The position numbers and the translations under genes are program-made. Of a stretch of 64,000 nucleotides of DNA, positions 55,822 to 64,000 are shown piece by piece. The DNA is taken from the IMG/VR virus record IMGVR_UViG_3300005805_000049, positions 32,001-96,000 of that record. One strand, given 5' to 3'. How positions within the stretch are numbered: the stretch's first letter is position 1; each line of letters begins with the position of its first letter. The notes under the pieces are model-generated. The model searched no databases and was not told where the DNA came from. It worked only from the letters and a program-made list of their open reading frames with translations. The stretch comes from a virus.

Positions 55822-56224
55822 ATGCTAGCTAAGCTTTATCAACTGCTAATCGTTCCCATAGTCAATCTGTTATATACTATCATAGCGTTGCTTCGAACGA
55901 TCACTGTCATCCAAATGTTGACATTGGTCGTTCTTTTGTTTATTCTACTTGCTATGGTTATTACATGAATCTAGAAAAGTATGACAAGGCTGTGAAACTT
56001 CTCAAGGACATTGAAAATCATACGCTTGACAAAGAGCAAAAAGACCTGCTAAGATTGGCTCGTGTGATTATTGAAGAACATATCTACGATAGACTAGAAA
56101 AGAGGTTGTGATGTTTCGAGAAATCGCTACACTAATTGGATACCTAGCATATGCTGTTTATATTCTAGGTTTCTTTGGACTTGTCACTGTAATGATTCTC
56201 CTTAGTCATGGATACGTGCTATGA
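55822..56224 (+). CDS. Three coupled small ORFs (55822-55968 TM; 55965-56111; 56111-56224 TM)
   Basis: ATGA/TGATG overlaps, GAGG RBS. Confidence 0.55.
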
Positions 56225-56592
56225 AAACAATTGCTATTATTCTTTCACTTGCTCTTGCTGGTTGTTCATTTAAGGTGGTTCGTCAAGAACCATTTATTCA
56301 TTCGGAAACTGAATACCATCTGAATAAACAAAAGATGGCGTTCATTGAGTTTCATCAATTCTTTATTCAGAACCAGAATATGCCAAACTCTGAAGTGCTC
56401 AAGAATCGTGCAACAGAGATGATGTTTAATGCTGGTCTGTATCATGCTTGCCATAAGAAGTCTGGGTGTTATCTGGTCTATGGTGATAAAAAGATTAGGT
56501 TTGAAAAAGATATGATTTCTGTCGAAAGTTATGGCACATTCACTTCTGTTGATGATGCTCGTGTAGCAGCAAACGTGATTTATGGAGAATGA
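56221..56592 (+). CDS. Putative lipoprotein
   Basis: LAGC lipobox after a hydrophobic stretch. Confidence 0.7.
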   Translation: MKTIAIILSLALAGCSFKVVRQEPFIHSETEYHLNKQKMAFIEFHQFFIQNQNMPNSEVLKNRATEMMFNAGLYHACHKKSGCYLVYGDKKIRFEKDMISVESYGTFTSVDDARVAANVIYGE

Positions 56593-56593
56593 G

Positions 56594-57493
56594 ATGAACA
56601 ATCTGTTTCTGAGAACTTGTAAACCAAATGGGAAATCTTATGGGGGGTTCCAATGGAATATAGAAATTGGTGGAATCACTGAAGCACCAGATTGGAATCC
56701 AGAACCAGTCTGTGGTGGTGGTCTTCATGGCCTTCTTCATGGTAAAGGTGATGGATCATACTTTGATTGGCGTAGAGATGTTTTATGGATGGTTTGTGAA
56801 GCATTGGGGCCAATCGTTGATATTGACCATAAGATTAAAACATCTAAAGCCAAGACCTTGTTTGTTGGTGATCGTAAAGGTGCAACTGATTTCTTGATTG
56901 CTGCTGGCTGCAACCCATCAGAAGTTGTTGGTGCTTTTATTACTTGTGGTGATGGTTCAACTGTCACTGGTGGAAATTGGTCGATTATTATTGCAGACAA
57001 TTATACATTCGTGAATGGTGGTGATTACTCAACTGTAACTGGTGGTAATTATACAATAGTGAATTGTGGTAATTGCTCAACTGTAACTGGTGGGCATAGT
57101 TCAACTGTAACTGCTGGTTATTGGTCAACTGTAACTGGTGGTGTTCATTCAACTTTAACAGGTGGTAATTGGTCAACTTTAAAGGGTGGTGATTATTCAA
57201 TCGTAACTGGTGGTGATTATTCAATTATAACGGGTGGTAATTGGTCAACTTTAAAGGGTGGTCATTGGTCAACTGTAACTGGTGGTGAATATTCAACTGT
57301 AACTGGTGGTGATTATTCAACTGTAACTGGTGGCGATCGTTCAACTGTAACTGGTGGCGATGGTTCAATTCTATCACTCAAATGGTTTGATGGCAAAAGA
57401 ACCAGAATTGTCACTGCCTATGTCGGTGAAGATGGTATTGAACCAAATGTACCATATAAACTAGACGATAACGGTAAATTCGTGAGGGCTTGA
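56594..57493 (+). CDS. Octapeptide-repeat beta-solenoid protein (ice-nucleation-like repeats)
   Basis: N-terminal CGGGLHG domain; about 18 x GGxxSTVT; C-terminal YVGEDGIEPN..Y.LD..G. Confidence 0.8.
   Translation: MNNLFLRTCKPNGKSYGGFQWNIEIGGITEAPDWNPEPVCGGGLHGLLHGKGDGSYFDWRRDVLWMVCEALGPIVDIDHKIKTSKAKTLFVGDRKGATDFLIAAGCNPSEVVGAFITCGDGSTVTGGNWSIIIADNYTFVNGGDYSTVTGGNYTIVNCGNCSTVTGGHSSTVTAGYWSTVTGGVHSTLTGGNWSTLKGGDYSIVTGGDYSIITGGNWSTLKGGHWSTVTGGEYSTVTGGDYSTVTGGDRSTVTGGDGSILSLKWFDGKRTRIVTAYVGEDGIEPNVPYKLDDNGKFVRA
56945..57376 (+). repeat. 24-nt tandem coding repeat (GGTGGTnnnnnnTCAACTGTAACT) x about 18
   Basis: Visible in DNA and protein. Confidence 0.9.
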
Positions 57494-57495
57494 AG

Positions 57496-57777
57496 ATGAA
57501 GAAGACACTTATTTTTATCACTACCATTTCTACACTGTTTCTTGCAGGATGTGAAAATTGGTTGGCAAGATCAGGATTAGGAACTGCTTATATTGAAATT
57601 CCATGTGGAAATAAGTTTATTCATGCTTCTTGGAAGGACCAAGACAATTCCATCTGGTTTTCACACAGACCTGCAAAACCAGATGAAACATTTGATGAGC
57701 AAATTGTTTATCAACAATCATCACCTCTTGGTGTGATGCAAGGCAAAGTAATATTTCGTGAAAGGAAGTGTTTCTAA
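57496..57777 (+). CDS. Putative lipoprotein
   Basis: LAGC lipobox. Confidence 0.7.
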   Translation: MKKTLIFITTISTLFLAGCENWLARSGLGTAYIEIPCGNKFIHASWKDQDNSIWFSHRPAKPDETFDEQIVYQQSSPLGVMQGKVIFRERKCF

Positions 57778-58226
57778 TGTATGATGATCCAATCTCAACT
57801 CTAGCCAAGTCTTTGGCTTCTGCTCAATATCAGGACTTACCGAAGGTAAAAGATTCCAGACGGAAAGTAGATAGTAAATCATTCTCTGGGGACAGAATGA
57901 ATACTGAAAGTTATAATAAATGGAAAGAATCTGCATATGAAACATTTGAACGAAATCATTTTGAAAATGAAATGTACGTCCATTCTATGACCCTTCAAAT
58001 GTGGGGTTCTACTGCTCTTGGTTTTGGGGGAATGGGCGGTTCGGCAATGACTAAGGCATACACTATTATCATTGGTTCTCGTTTCCATCTTGTTTTGTGT
58101 GTATATTTTGGTGGACATTTTGCATATTCTCTTGATATGGACAAAAATGATATTGTCAAGTTGAACGAAGATATTGCAAAATATAATATTGCATCTGTTG
58201 CTGAAAAGCATAGGTATTTGGTATGA
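57768..58226 (+). CDS. Hypothetical protein
   Basis: QMWGSTALGFGG.GG.AMT.AYT motif. Confidence 0.65.
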   Translation: MFLMYDDPISTLAKSLASAQYQDLPKVKDSRRKVDSKSFSGDRMNTESYNKWKESAYETFERNHFENEMYVHSMTLQMWGSTALGFGGMGGSAMTKAYTIIIGSRFHLVLCVYFGGHFAYSLDMDKNDIVKLNEDIAKYNIASVAEKHRYLV

Positions 58227-58726
58227 AAATATTATTTCTTGATGTGGATGGACCACTAATACCATTAAGGATTCATGTCAAATCTAGTGAATTTGTGTAT
58301 GATTATGATAGATATGATGATATGTCATATGTATACGATAAAAATTTTATCAAGGAATTGAATGAGCATTGTCCCCCACAAAATATTCAGATTGTTTTTA
58401 ATACTGCACATAATGATAACCAAGGAGTTATTGATGTTAAGCATTGTGCCATTAAAAATGGTCTGAATCCAAATCTGATTCATCCAAACTATAAAACAAA
58501 GTTTCCATCGATTATTCCTGATAGACTATATGCAATCAGAGATTGGTTGATGAATAATGTCCCTGAAAATCAGGAATGCAAATGGATTGTTGTTGATGAC
58601 ATTCCATTAAAATGTGGTAAACATTTAGAGAATGTTGATTTGAAACAAGGAGTGACAGATAAACATATAATTAGTATTTTCGGAAAATTTTTACATGAAA
58701 AAGAAATCATCTACTGTAGAAAATGA
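58223..58726 (+). CDS. HAD-family phosphatase (RNA-repair type)
   Basis: ILFLDVDGPL, IVVDD. Confidence 0.75.
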   Translation: MKILFLDVDGPLIPLRIHVKSSEFVYDYDRYDDMSYVYDKNFIKELNEHCPPQNIQIVFNTAHNDNQGVIDVKHCAIKNGLNPNLIHPNYKTKFPSIIPDRLYAIRDWLMNNVPENQECKWIVVDDIPLKCGKHLENVDLKQGVTDKHIISIFGKFLHEKEIIYCRK

Positions 58727-58898
58727 AATTTACACAGTAATTCAATGCAAACATTGTAAATGGAAATCTAATCCTTTAAACAGAGAAGAATTGCGAGAAC
58801 TTGGAGTTCCTTGGTATTGTGATAATTGTGGTAAAAAGGCCACTTATATTCATGAAGGAACTTTAGATGAATTAAAAAAGTTCTTGACAACAACATGA
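58695..58898 (+). CDS. Small zinc-ribbon protein
   Basis: CKHC..CDNC. Confidence 0.55.
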   Translation: MKKKSSTVENEIYTVIQCKHCKWKSNPLNREELRELGVPWYCDNCGKKATYIHEGTLDELKKFLTTT

Positions 58899-58912
58899 TT
58901 CTGGGGTATAAT
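58884..58912 (+). promoter_or_regulatory. Consensus sigma70 promoter TTGACA-17-TATAAT with the -10 in a hairpin loop
   Basis: Perfect consensus; arms 58896-58906 and 58915-58925. Confidence 0.9.
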
Positions 58913-58938
58913 GACTCCAGAATCAAAGGAGAATCGTC

Positions 58939-59802
58939 ATGAAAGTTGCATATCTCTCAGACATACATGCGGAGTTTTTGAACTATCCTAATCTTCATGC
59001 TGATAAGGGTGGTGATATTCTTTTGTTGGCTGGTGATATTTTCACTGCCAATATGGTTGCACCTCATCGTACAGATGCAGATTCTAAGAAGCTGAAGAAG
59101 TGGCTGAATGGACCATTCAAGGAGTTTACTTCTAAGTACGATCAGGTTCTTTATGTATTTGGGAACCATGAGCATTATAATTCCATCTACAAAAATACTC
59201 ATCTTGGTATTATGAAATTTCTGCAATCTAATGGTTTTAACAATGTTTTTGTGATGGAAAATGATTATATTGATATTGATGGTGTTCGTTTTATTGGGGC
59301 TACTCTATGGACTGATTATAATAAGGGCAATCCTCTAACAATGGAGATCGTTGAGAGGGGAATGAATGATTATAAAATGATTGGTCTTCATGATGTTTCT
59401 GACATGAACTATTTTAATCGTAGGCATAACCGTAAGATTAATCCACAGTTTTTGCTTGACGTTCATTTGGAGTCGGTATCGTATATCTATGAGAAGGCAC
59501 ATGATACTGATTTGCCAGTAGTGGTTCTTACTCATCATGCACCTAGTTTTCAGTCTGTAGACCCTGATCATGTTTCTGGTGGTCCATATGGTTATGATTC
59601 TCTAAATGGTGCTTATGCTTCAGACTTATCTTCGGTGATTCTTGATTCACCAAATATCAAGTTCTGGGTGCATGGTCACACTCATCATACTATCGACTAT
59701 CCAATTGGACAGTGCCGTATTTTGAGCAACCAACGTGGATATTCGTTTGAAGCATGTGCTCGACATTTTGAGGGCACAAAGAGTTTTGAGATTGGCAGTT
59801 GA
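58939..59802 (+). CDS. Metallophosphoesterase (calcineurin-like)
   Basis: SDIH, AGDI, GNHE, THHAP, HGHTH. Confidence 0.92.
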   Translation: MKVAYLSDIHAEFLNYPNLHADKGGDILLLAGDIFTANMVAPHRTDADSKKLKKWLNGPFKEFTSKYDQVLYVFGNHEHYNSIYKNTHLGIMKFLQSNGFNNVFVMENDYIDIDGVRFIGATLWTDYNKGNPLTMEIVERGMNDYKMIGLHDVSDMNYFNRRHNRKINPQFLLDVHLESVSYIYEKAHDTDLPVVVLTHHAPSFQSVDPDHVSGGPYGYDSLNGAYASDLSSVILDSPNIKFWVHGHTHHTIDYPIGQCRILSNQRGYSFEACARHFEGTKSFEIGS

Positions 59803-59827
59803 CATCCTCGTTGGTGTGAGGTATGGT
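59799..59827 (+). promoter_or_regulatory. Early promoter TTGACA-17-TATGGT
   Basis: Near consensus. Confidence 0.7.
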
Positions 59828-59856
59828 ACTTTTAAATCAACGAATGGAGCCTTGCA

Positions 59857-60843
59857 ATGAAGTATGTGAACAATGTGGACGAAGCATTCGACTTTGTTAA
59901 ATCAGAGATTAGCAAGCTGGAGACGAAGCTTGCTAATCTTACCAACGTGATTCCTAAACAACCTGCTTTGCAAGAGTATGATTGTAAGCAGATCAAAGAA
60001 CTTTCCAATATGTATTCTTATCAAGACAGTGCCAGGAAAATCTTGTCTGGTTATACTGGAGAATACCAGTATAACCGAGCTTTAGAATTGATTGCCCAGG
60101 CATATAAGCATGTCGAACAAGTGTCTAAGCACAATGATGTTATCCTAGAGAATAACCGTAAGATCGTGGCATCAATCACTGAATTGATGACTTTTTATGG
60201 TATTCCTAAAACATATAGAGTGCTTGATTCCAAGTCTCGTGCTCGATTTCCTAAAAGTATTGAAAAGACTTCTGGTTGGGTTGTTGATTTGCAGATGCAT
60301 GTCAAAACCGATGATGGTCGAAACAATGTGATTAAAAAAATCAAAGGATTTGAAGAAACGATTAATACCATTAGAGCACAGATTGTTGAGAATGAGAAAA
60401 AACTAAAAGAGGAAAAGCAGAAAGAATTGGATGAAATGGCGGCTGAGGAAAACCGTCAGGTTTTCTTGATTCAGATGATCAAAAAGTATGACTTGGCACC
60501 AAATACTTCTGCCTCTAATCTTTTTGATTTCTTCATGAAAAACAACAAGTATCTTGCTCTTGCAAGAAGTTTGGAGAAGAATAGACTTGACTGGTCTGAT
60601 GGGTATGAATATGCTCAGGACGGATTAGACAAGTTCTGTGTTCTCGTTGAAAATGAAATGGATGATCGAATCATTAAAAATATTCAAAATGCAATTGACG
60701 ATTGGGATGGAGATGGTAGAGTATTCAGAGACATCGAGTGGTCATATGGCTCATTGTACGACTATGTGCAAACTCATTGGCCATCATTGTACAACGATTA
60801 TCTTGAGTTTATAAAGACTTTTCCTAACAGTCGGTATTATTGA
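59857..60843 (+). CDS. Hypothetical coiled-coil protein
   Basis: GGAG RBS; C-terminal R.DWSDG..WDGDGRVFRD motif. Confidence 0.7.
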   Translation: MKYVNNVDEAFDFVKSEISKLETKLANLTNVIPKQPALQEYDCKQIKELSNMYSYQDSARKILSGYTGEYQYNRALELIAQAYKHVEQVSKHNDVILENNRKIVASITELMTFYGIPKTYRVLDSKSRARFPKSIEKTSGWVVDLQMHVKTDDGRNNVIKKIKGFEETINTIRAQIVENEKKLKEEKQKELDEMAAEENRQVFLIQMIKKYDLAPNTSASNLFDFFMKNNKYLALARSLEKNRLDWSDGYEYAQDGLDKFCVLVENEMDDRIIKNIQNAIDDWDGDGRVFRDIEWSYGSLYDYVQTHWPSLYNDYLEFIKTFPNSRYY

Positions 60844-60847
60844 GAGG

Positions 60848-60876
60848 TTGACAAATGAAACTTGCTTGGCTATGCT
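60848..60876 (+). promoter_or_regulatory. Early promoter TTGACA-17-TATGCT
   Basis: Near consensus. Confidence 0.65.
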
Positions 60877-61012
60877 ATGAACATGATTATGAATATGATG
60901 ATAGAGAGGGCGGCGACTACTATCCAACCAAAGTAATAATTTTATTTTCTCAACCATACGAATCTTGGAAATATGCCAAGGTTGTTCCAATCGTTTATTC
61001 GGAGATTAAACA

Positions 61013-61387
61013 GTGAAACCATACATTCATGCAAAATCTTCTGCTCGTAAGTATGGCGGAAAGTATGAAGACTATTTGGACATCCATGAGTTTATGGATT
61101 CTTCCAAAGCAACTCTTGGAGATGTAAGACACAGAGCAATTCTACATTCTACTTTCGGCTGTTATATCGTTCAGCAAATGTTTGGAAATGTTCGTATCAA
61201 TTCTGATGGAAAGGAATATTCAACGAGAGATGTTGCTGAAGATCATTGTATGGAAGACCTTGGATTCATCCCAACAGTTGAACATTGGCTTGGTAACATG
61301 AAGATTCAACAGTGGATGGGTGGTCCTGCTAACAAGAACGAACGAGAGAAACGTAAATTTATCTCAATGGAGACACAAAATGCTTGA
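61013..61387 (+). CDS. Conserved His-rich hypothetical protein (DUF6915-like, from memory)
   Basis: HA.SSA.KYGG..DY..IH..D.SK, RHRA.LH, AE.H..EDLG. Confidence 0.7.
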   Translation: MKPYIHAKSSARKYGGKYEDYLDIHEFMDSSKATLGDVRHRAILHSTFGCYIVQQMFGNVRINSDGKEYSTRDVAEDHCMEDLGFIPTVEHWLGNMKIQQWMGGPANKNEREKRKFISMETQNA

Positions 61388-61856
61388 TATGAAACAGATC
61401 AGACTAAATCAAAAGAAGATGAAAGAAGAATTTGAAGCAATTCAAAAAGATTATCGGGAGAAATCACAAAAGATTTTCAAAGAAGGTTTCTCTGCTTTTT
61501 TTGAGCAAGTGCCATTGATTAAGGCAGTTTCTTGGACTCAATACACTCCTTATTTTAATGATGGTGAGGCTTGTGTATTCAGTGTAGGAGATGTGTGTTT
61601 TCTAACTGAAAAGGGACTGGAAGACTTTATTGAAGATGGGGGAGGATATGCAGAAGAATATGCAGCAGGAGATAAGTCATGTTATGAAGAAGTTTATCAT
61701 GTGGGACTGACAGTAGAAGATTTTGACAAAATTAAAGATTTCAAACATTTTCTATCTGGCATTCCCGAAGACGTTTATGAGCATATTTTTGGTGATCATG
61801 TATATGTTATTGCAACCAAAGATGGTTTTGAGGTAGAAGAATACAGTCATGACTAA
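61380..61856 (+). CDS. Conserved hypothetical protein
   Basis: WTQYTPYFNDGE.C.F, FGDH, EEYSHD. Confidence 0.7.
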   Translation: MLDMKQIRLNQKKMKEEFEAIQKDYREKSQKIFKEGFSAFFEQVPLIKAVSWTQYTPYFNDGEACVFSVGDVCFLTEKGLEDFIEDGGGYAEEYAAGDKSCYEEVYHVGLTVEDFDKIKDFKHFLSGIPEDVYEHIFGDHVYVIATKDGFEVEEYSHD

Positions 61857-62040
61857 AAAGATCGTAGCCTTAACAGAACGTGAATTGATGGAACTATATA
61901 CTGTTTGTCTAAAGTTTGTTGTACAAAACAAAATATATTGTCCCGAAGATATTTACCAAACAGACGAAATTTCTGAAAATTCATTAGAATTTATTGAAGA
62001 TATTTGCAACATCGTTGGGTATGAAGATGGACAAACGTAA
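61849..62040 (+). CDS. Small acidic hypothetical protein
   Basis: Coupled ORF. Confidence 0.55.
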   Translation: MTKKIVALTERELMELYTVCLKFVVQNKIYCPEDIYQTDEISENSLEFIEDICNIVGYEDGQT

Positions 62041-62236
62041 ACAAACAAAATATGGTTATATGTGTAAAACAGATTATCTATTTTTGATGGCTTCACGAGG
62101 CCCACCACCTGAAATTTATAATTCATTAGAAGAAATGAAAGAACTGACTGATTGTTGGGAGGAGTGTGGAATTGTAAAGGTGAAATTAGAATATGTAGAA
62201 CAGATTGAAAAAGGTTCTTTGTGGGAAGATGTTTGA
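62027..62236 (+). CDS. Hypothetical protein
   Basis: YGYMC, C.EECGIVKV motif; start approximate. Confidence 0.55.
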   Translation: MDKRKQTKYGYMCKTDYLFLMASRGPPPEIYNSLEEMKELTDCWEECGIVKVKLEYVEQIEKGSLWEDV

Positions 62237-62348
62237 ACTGATAAAAGATATGTTGAATCAACTTAAAGACGTAACTCCAGAAGGTTACGTCTTTTTTGTC
62301 ATGATTATACTCCTCTGTGTGCTGCTGATCATCGAACTTTTTTCATAA
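62229..62348 (+). CDS. 39-aa single-TM micropeptide
   Basis: Overlapping start; hydrophobic C-terminal half. Confidence 0.5.
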   Translation: MFELIKDMLNQLKDVTPEGYVFFVMIILLCVLLIIELFS

Positions 62349-62356
62349 AATCGTTG

Positions 62357-62385
62357 TTGACATGCTCGGAAGGGTGTGGTAAGAT
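62357..62385 (+). promoter_or_regulatory. Early promoter TTGACA-17-TAAGAT
   Basis: Near consensus. Confidence 0.7.
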
Positions 62386-62418
62386 GTAGTCAAGATCGGA
62401 AATCGAGAGGATTTGAAC

Positions 62419-62829
62419 ATGAACGGTCAAGACAATGCTATCATTACTCATGATGACAACTCAACTGTAACTGGTGGTCATTGGTCAACTTTAACGGGTG
62501 GTAGTTGCTCAACTGTAACTGGTGGTGATTATTCAACTGTAACTGGTGGCGATTATTCAACTGTAACTGGTGGCGATTATTCAACTGTAACGGGTGGTGA
62601 TTATTCAACTGTTAATGGTGGCGATAATTCAATCGTAACTGGTGGTGATAATTCAATCATAACTGGTGGATATCGTTCATTTGTAACTGGTGGTGACAAC
62701 TCATCGTTGTCTATATCATGGTATGATGGCAACACGCTCAGAATTTCTATTGCCTATGTTGGTGAAGATGGAATTGAACCTAATGTTGCTTATATGTTGG
62801 ACGAAAATGGTAAATTCGTGAGGGCTTGA
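62419..62829 (+). CDS. Short paralog of the octapeptide-repeat protein lacking the N-terminal domain
   Basis: About 12 x GGxxSTVT and a near-identical C-terminus ending GKFVRA. Confidence 0.75.
   Translation: MNGQDNAIITHDDNSTVTGGHWSTLTGGSCSTVTGGDYSTVTGGDYSTVTGGDYSTVTGGDYSTVNGGDNSIVTGGDNSIITGGYRSFVTGGDNSSLSISWYDGNTLRISIAYVGEDGIEPNVAYMLDENGKFVRA
62425..62712 (+). repeat. 24-nt tandem coding repeat x about 12
   Basis: Same unit as 56945-57376. Confidence 0.88.
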
Positions 62830-62831
62830 CA

Positions 62832-63191
62832 ATGAAACTTGTAATCAATAATTGTTATGGGGGTTTCTCACTTTCTCGTGAAGCGGTTTTGTTGGCACGT
62901 AGTTTGACTGATGATCCTGCTTGGAGAGAAGTTTATATCAAAGGGGATCGTTACCCTGACGGTGTTATTGTGGATTATGATTATGGATATATTCATGATT
63001 CAATTCAACGAGATGACCCTATTCTAGTGCAAGTAGTGGAACAACTGGGGTCAGAAAAAGCATCTGGAAACTGTGCAAAATTAGTAGTAGAAGAACTTAG
63101 TAAAGGAACTGTTTTTAGAATTAAAGAACATGATGGCTGGGAACGTATTGAAGTTTCGAATTTATTTTATAATTGGAAGGTAGCAACATAA
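62832..63191 (+). CDS. Conserved phage hypothetical protein
   Basis: VIN.CYGGF.LS, R.DP.LVQVVE.LG, I.E.DG.E. Confidence 0.75.
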   Translation: MKLVINNCYGGFSLSREAVLLARSLTDDPAWREVYIKGDRYPDGVIVDYDYGYIHDSIQRDDPILVQVVEQLGSEKASGNCAKLVVEELSKGTVFRIKEHDGWERIEVSNLFYNWKVAT

Positions 63192-63704
63192 ATGTTCGTA
63201 ATCTCAGATACACATTTCTCTCATAAAAACATCCTTGTTTTCACGAACAAGGATGGTGAAAAGATTCGTCCTTTCACTTGTCTGGATGAAATGAATGAAA
63301 CGATAATTGATAACTGGAATAAAACAGTTAAGCCAAATGATATTGTCTATCATCTTGGCGACTTCACATTTGGCGGTAAACAAAATATTGCCAAGTTTGC
63401 TTCTCGCCTTATTGGACGAAAGAGACTGATTCTTGGTAATCATGATTATGATGCCAAAGACTATGTTGAACATTTTGAAAAGGTAATGTCGTTTCATGAG
63501 ATGAAGAAACTACGTGTTCCTGTTGTGATGTGTCACTTTCCCTTGCATCTTTCTTCGTTTCAGTATAGAGTGGGTGACAATGGAATCAATCTTCATGGTC
63601 ATATTCATGACAAGACAATTGGCGATCCACGATGGGTGAATATGTGTGTAGAACATACAAACTACACTCCGGTTCATATCGAGGATATTCTGAAAGGACG
63701 ATGA
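63192..63704 (+). CDS. Calcineurin-like phosphoesterase
   Basis: SDTHF.H, HLGDF, GNHD, HFP, HGHIH. Confidence 0.92.
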   Translation: MFVISDTHFSHKNILVFTNKDGEKIRPFTCLDEMNETIIDNWNKTVKPNDIVYHLGDFTFGGKQNIAKFASRLIGRKRLILGNHDYDAKDYVEHFEKVMSFHEMKKLRVPVVMCHFPLHLSSFQYRVGDNGINLHGHIHDKTIGDPRWVNMCVEHTNYTPVHIEDILKGR

Positions 63705-63705
63705 A

Positions 63706-64000
63706 ATGAAATATCAATTCCCGGTGATCACTAACATCGATCAAGCACGACTTGCAATTAAAGACCGTCCTGAATTTGTGGAAGCAGTTCGTGATGGTTA
63801 CACTGTTTTCAATTACAATCTGTCAAAGGAAGACTCGTTCGATTGTCATATTCGTAGGGAGTGCCGGGGATTGATCTTCTGTAATCAAACCGGCAAAGTT
63901 CTTGCTCGTAGGCTTCATAAATTCTTCAACATGAACGAACGTGAAGAAACTTTGCAGGATAATATTGATTGGGATGTTCCTCATATTGTGTTGGATAAGT
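63706..64000 (+). CDS. rnlA: RNA ligase 1 (RnlA-like), N-terminal part, 3' truncated
   Basis: VFNY, RECRGLIF, RRLHKFFN..E. Confidence 0.85.
   Translation, partial: MKYQFPVITNIDQARLAIKDRPEFVEAVRDGYTVFNYNLSKEDSFDCHIRRECRGLIFCNQTGKVLARRLHKFFNMNEREETLQDNIDWDVPHIVLDK

Noticed and set aside
56945-62712. 24-nt tandem repeats as a CRISPR array or DGR template/variable pair
   Set aside because: The repeats are in-frame coding units without unique spacers; there is no cas or reverse transcriptase gene in the window, and the differences between copies are not adenine-specific
345-63497. Numerous short minus-strand ORFs opposite core genes
   Set aside because: Antisense shadows with no RBS or recognisable motifs; only 7996-8283 and 35953-36558 are supported on the minus strand
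1-64000. Stop-codon reassignment as an explanation for Gln richness
   Set aside because: Core genes are full length in the standard code, Gln is encoded by CAA/CAG, gp18 ends in TAG and no suppressor tRNA is seen

Overview
A 64 kb internal segment of a large T4-like myophage genome, almost all on the + strand. The host is probably alphaproteobacterial; this is inferred from a ROSE-type hsp20 leader and from RlpA and transglutaminase-like genes. Gene order: head/tail genes (gp18 3' end, gp19-gp23, gp3); recombination and late transcription (uvsY, uvsW, gp55, gp47, gp46); a 7-deazaguanine DNA-modification cluster (queD, queE, PRTase, folE, DpdL-like, DpdA-like, no queC in the window); the replisome (gp45, gp44, gp62, regA, gp43, uvsX, gp41, gp61); a late virion-associated cluster; thyX and a class II RNR; then an early region with 5 tRNAs, many small ORFs and RNA-repair genes, ending inside an RnlA-like ligase. 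Five observations stand out. (1) His/Lys-rich proteins with a T4 internal-protein-like capsid-targeting N-terminus; four of them form one late operon (restriction-like nuclease, Pol-beta nucleotidyltransferase, ligase/HIGH fusion, ParB-like), a candidate virion-delivered enzyme set. (2) Two stand-alone structured late RNAs, each with its own promoter and terminator. (3) A recurrent arrangement in which a promoter sits in the loop of an RBS-occluding hairpin. (4) A 45-nt near-copy of the primase promoter facing antisense just upstream of gp55. (5) A ROSE-like thermometer and an ArfA-like peptide. All calls come from motifs and synteny read by eye; no database search or folding program was run.
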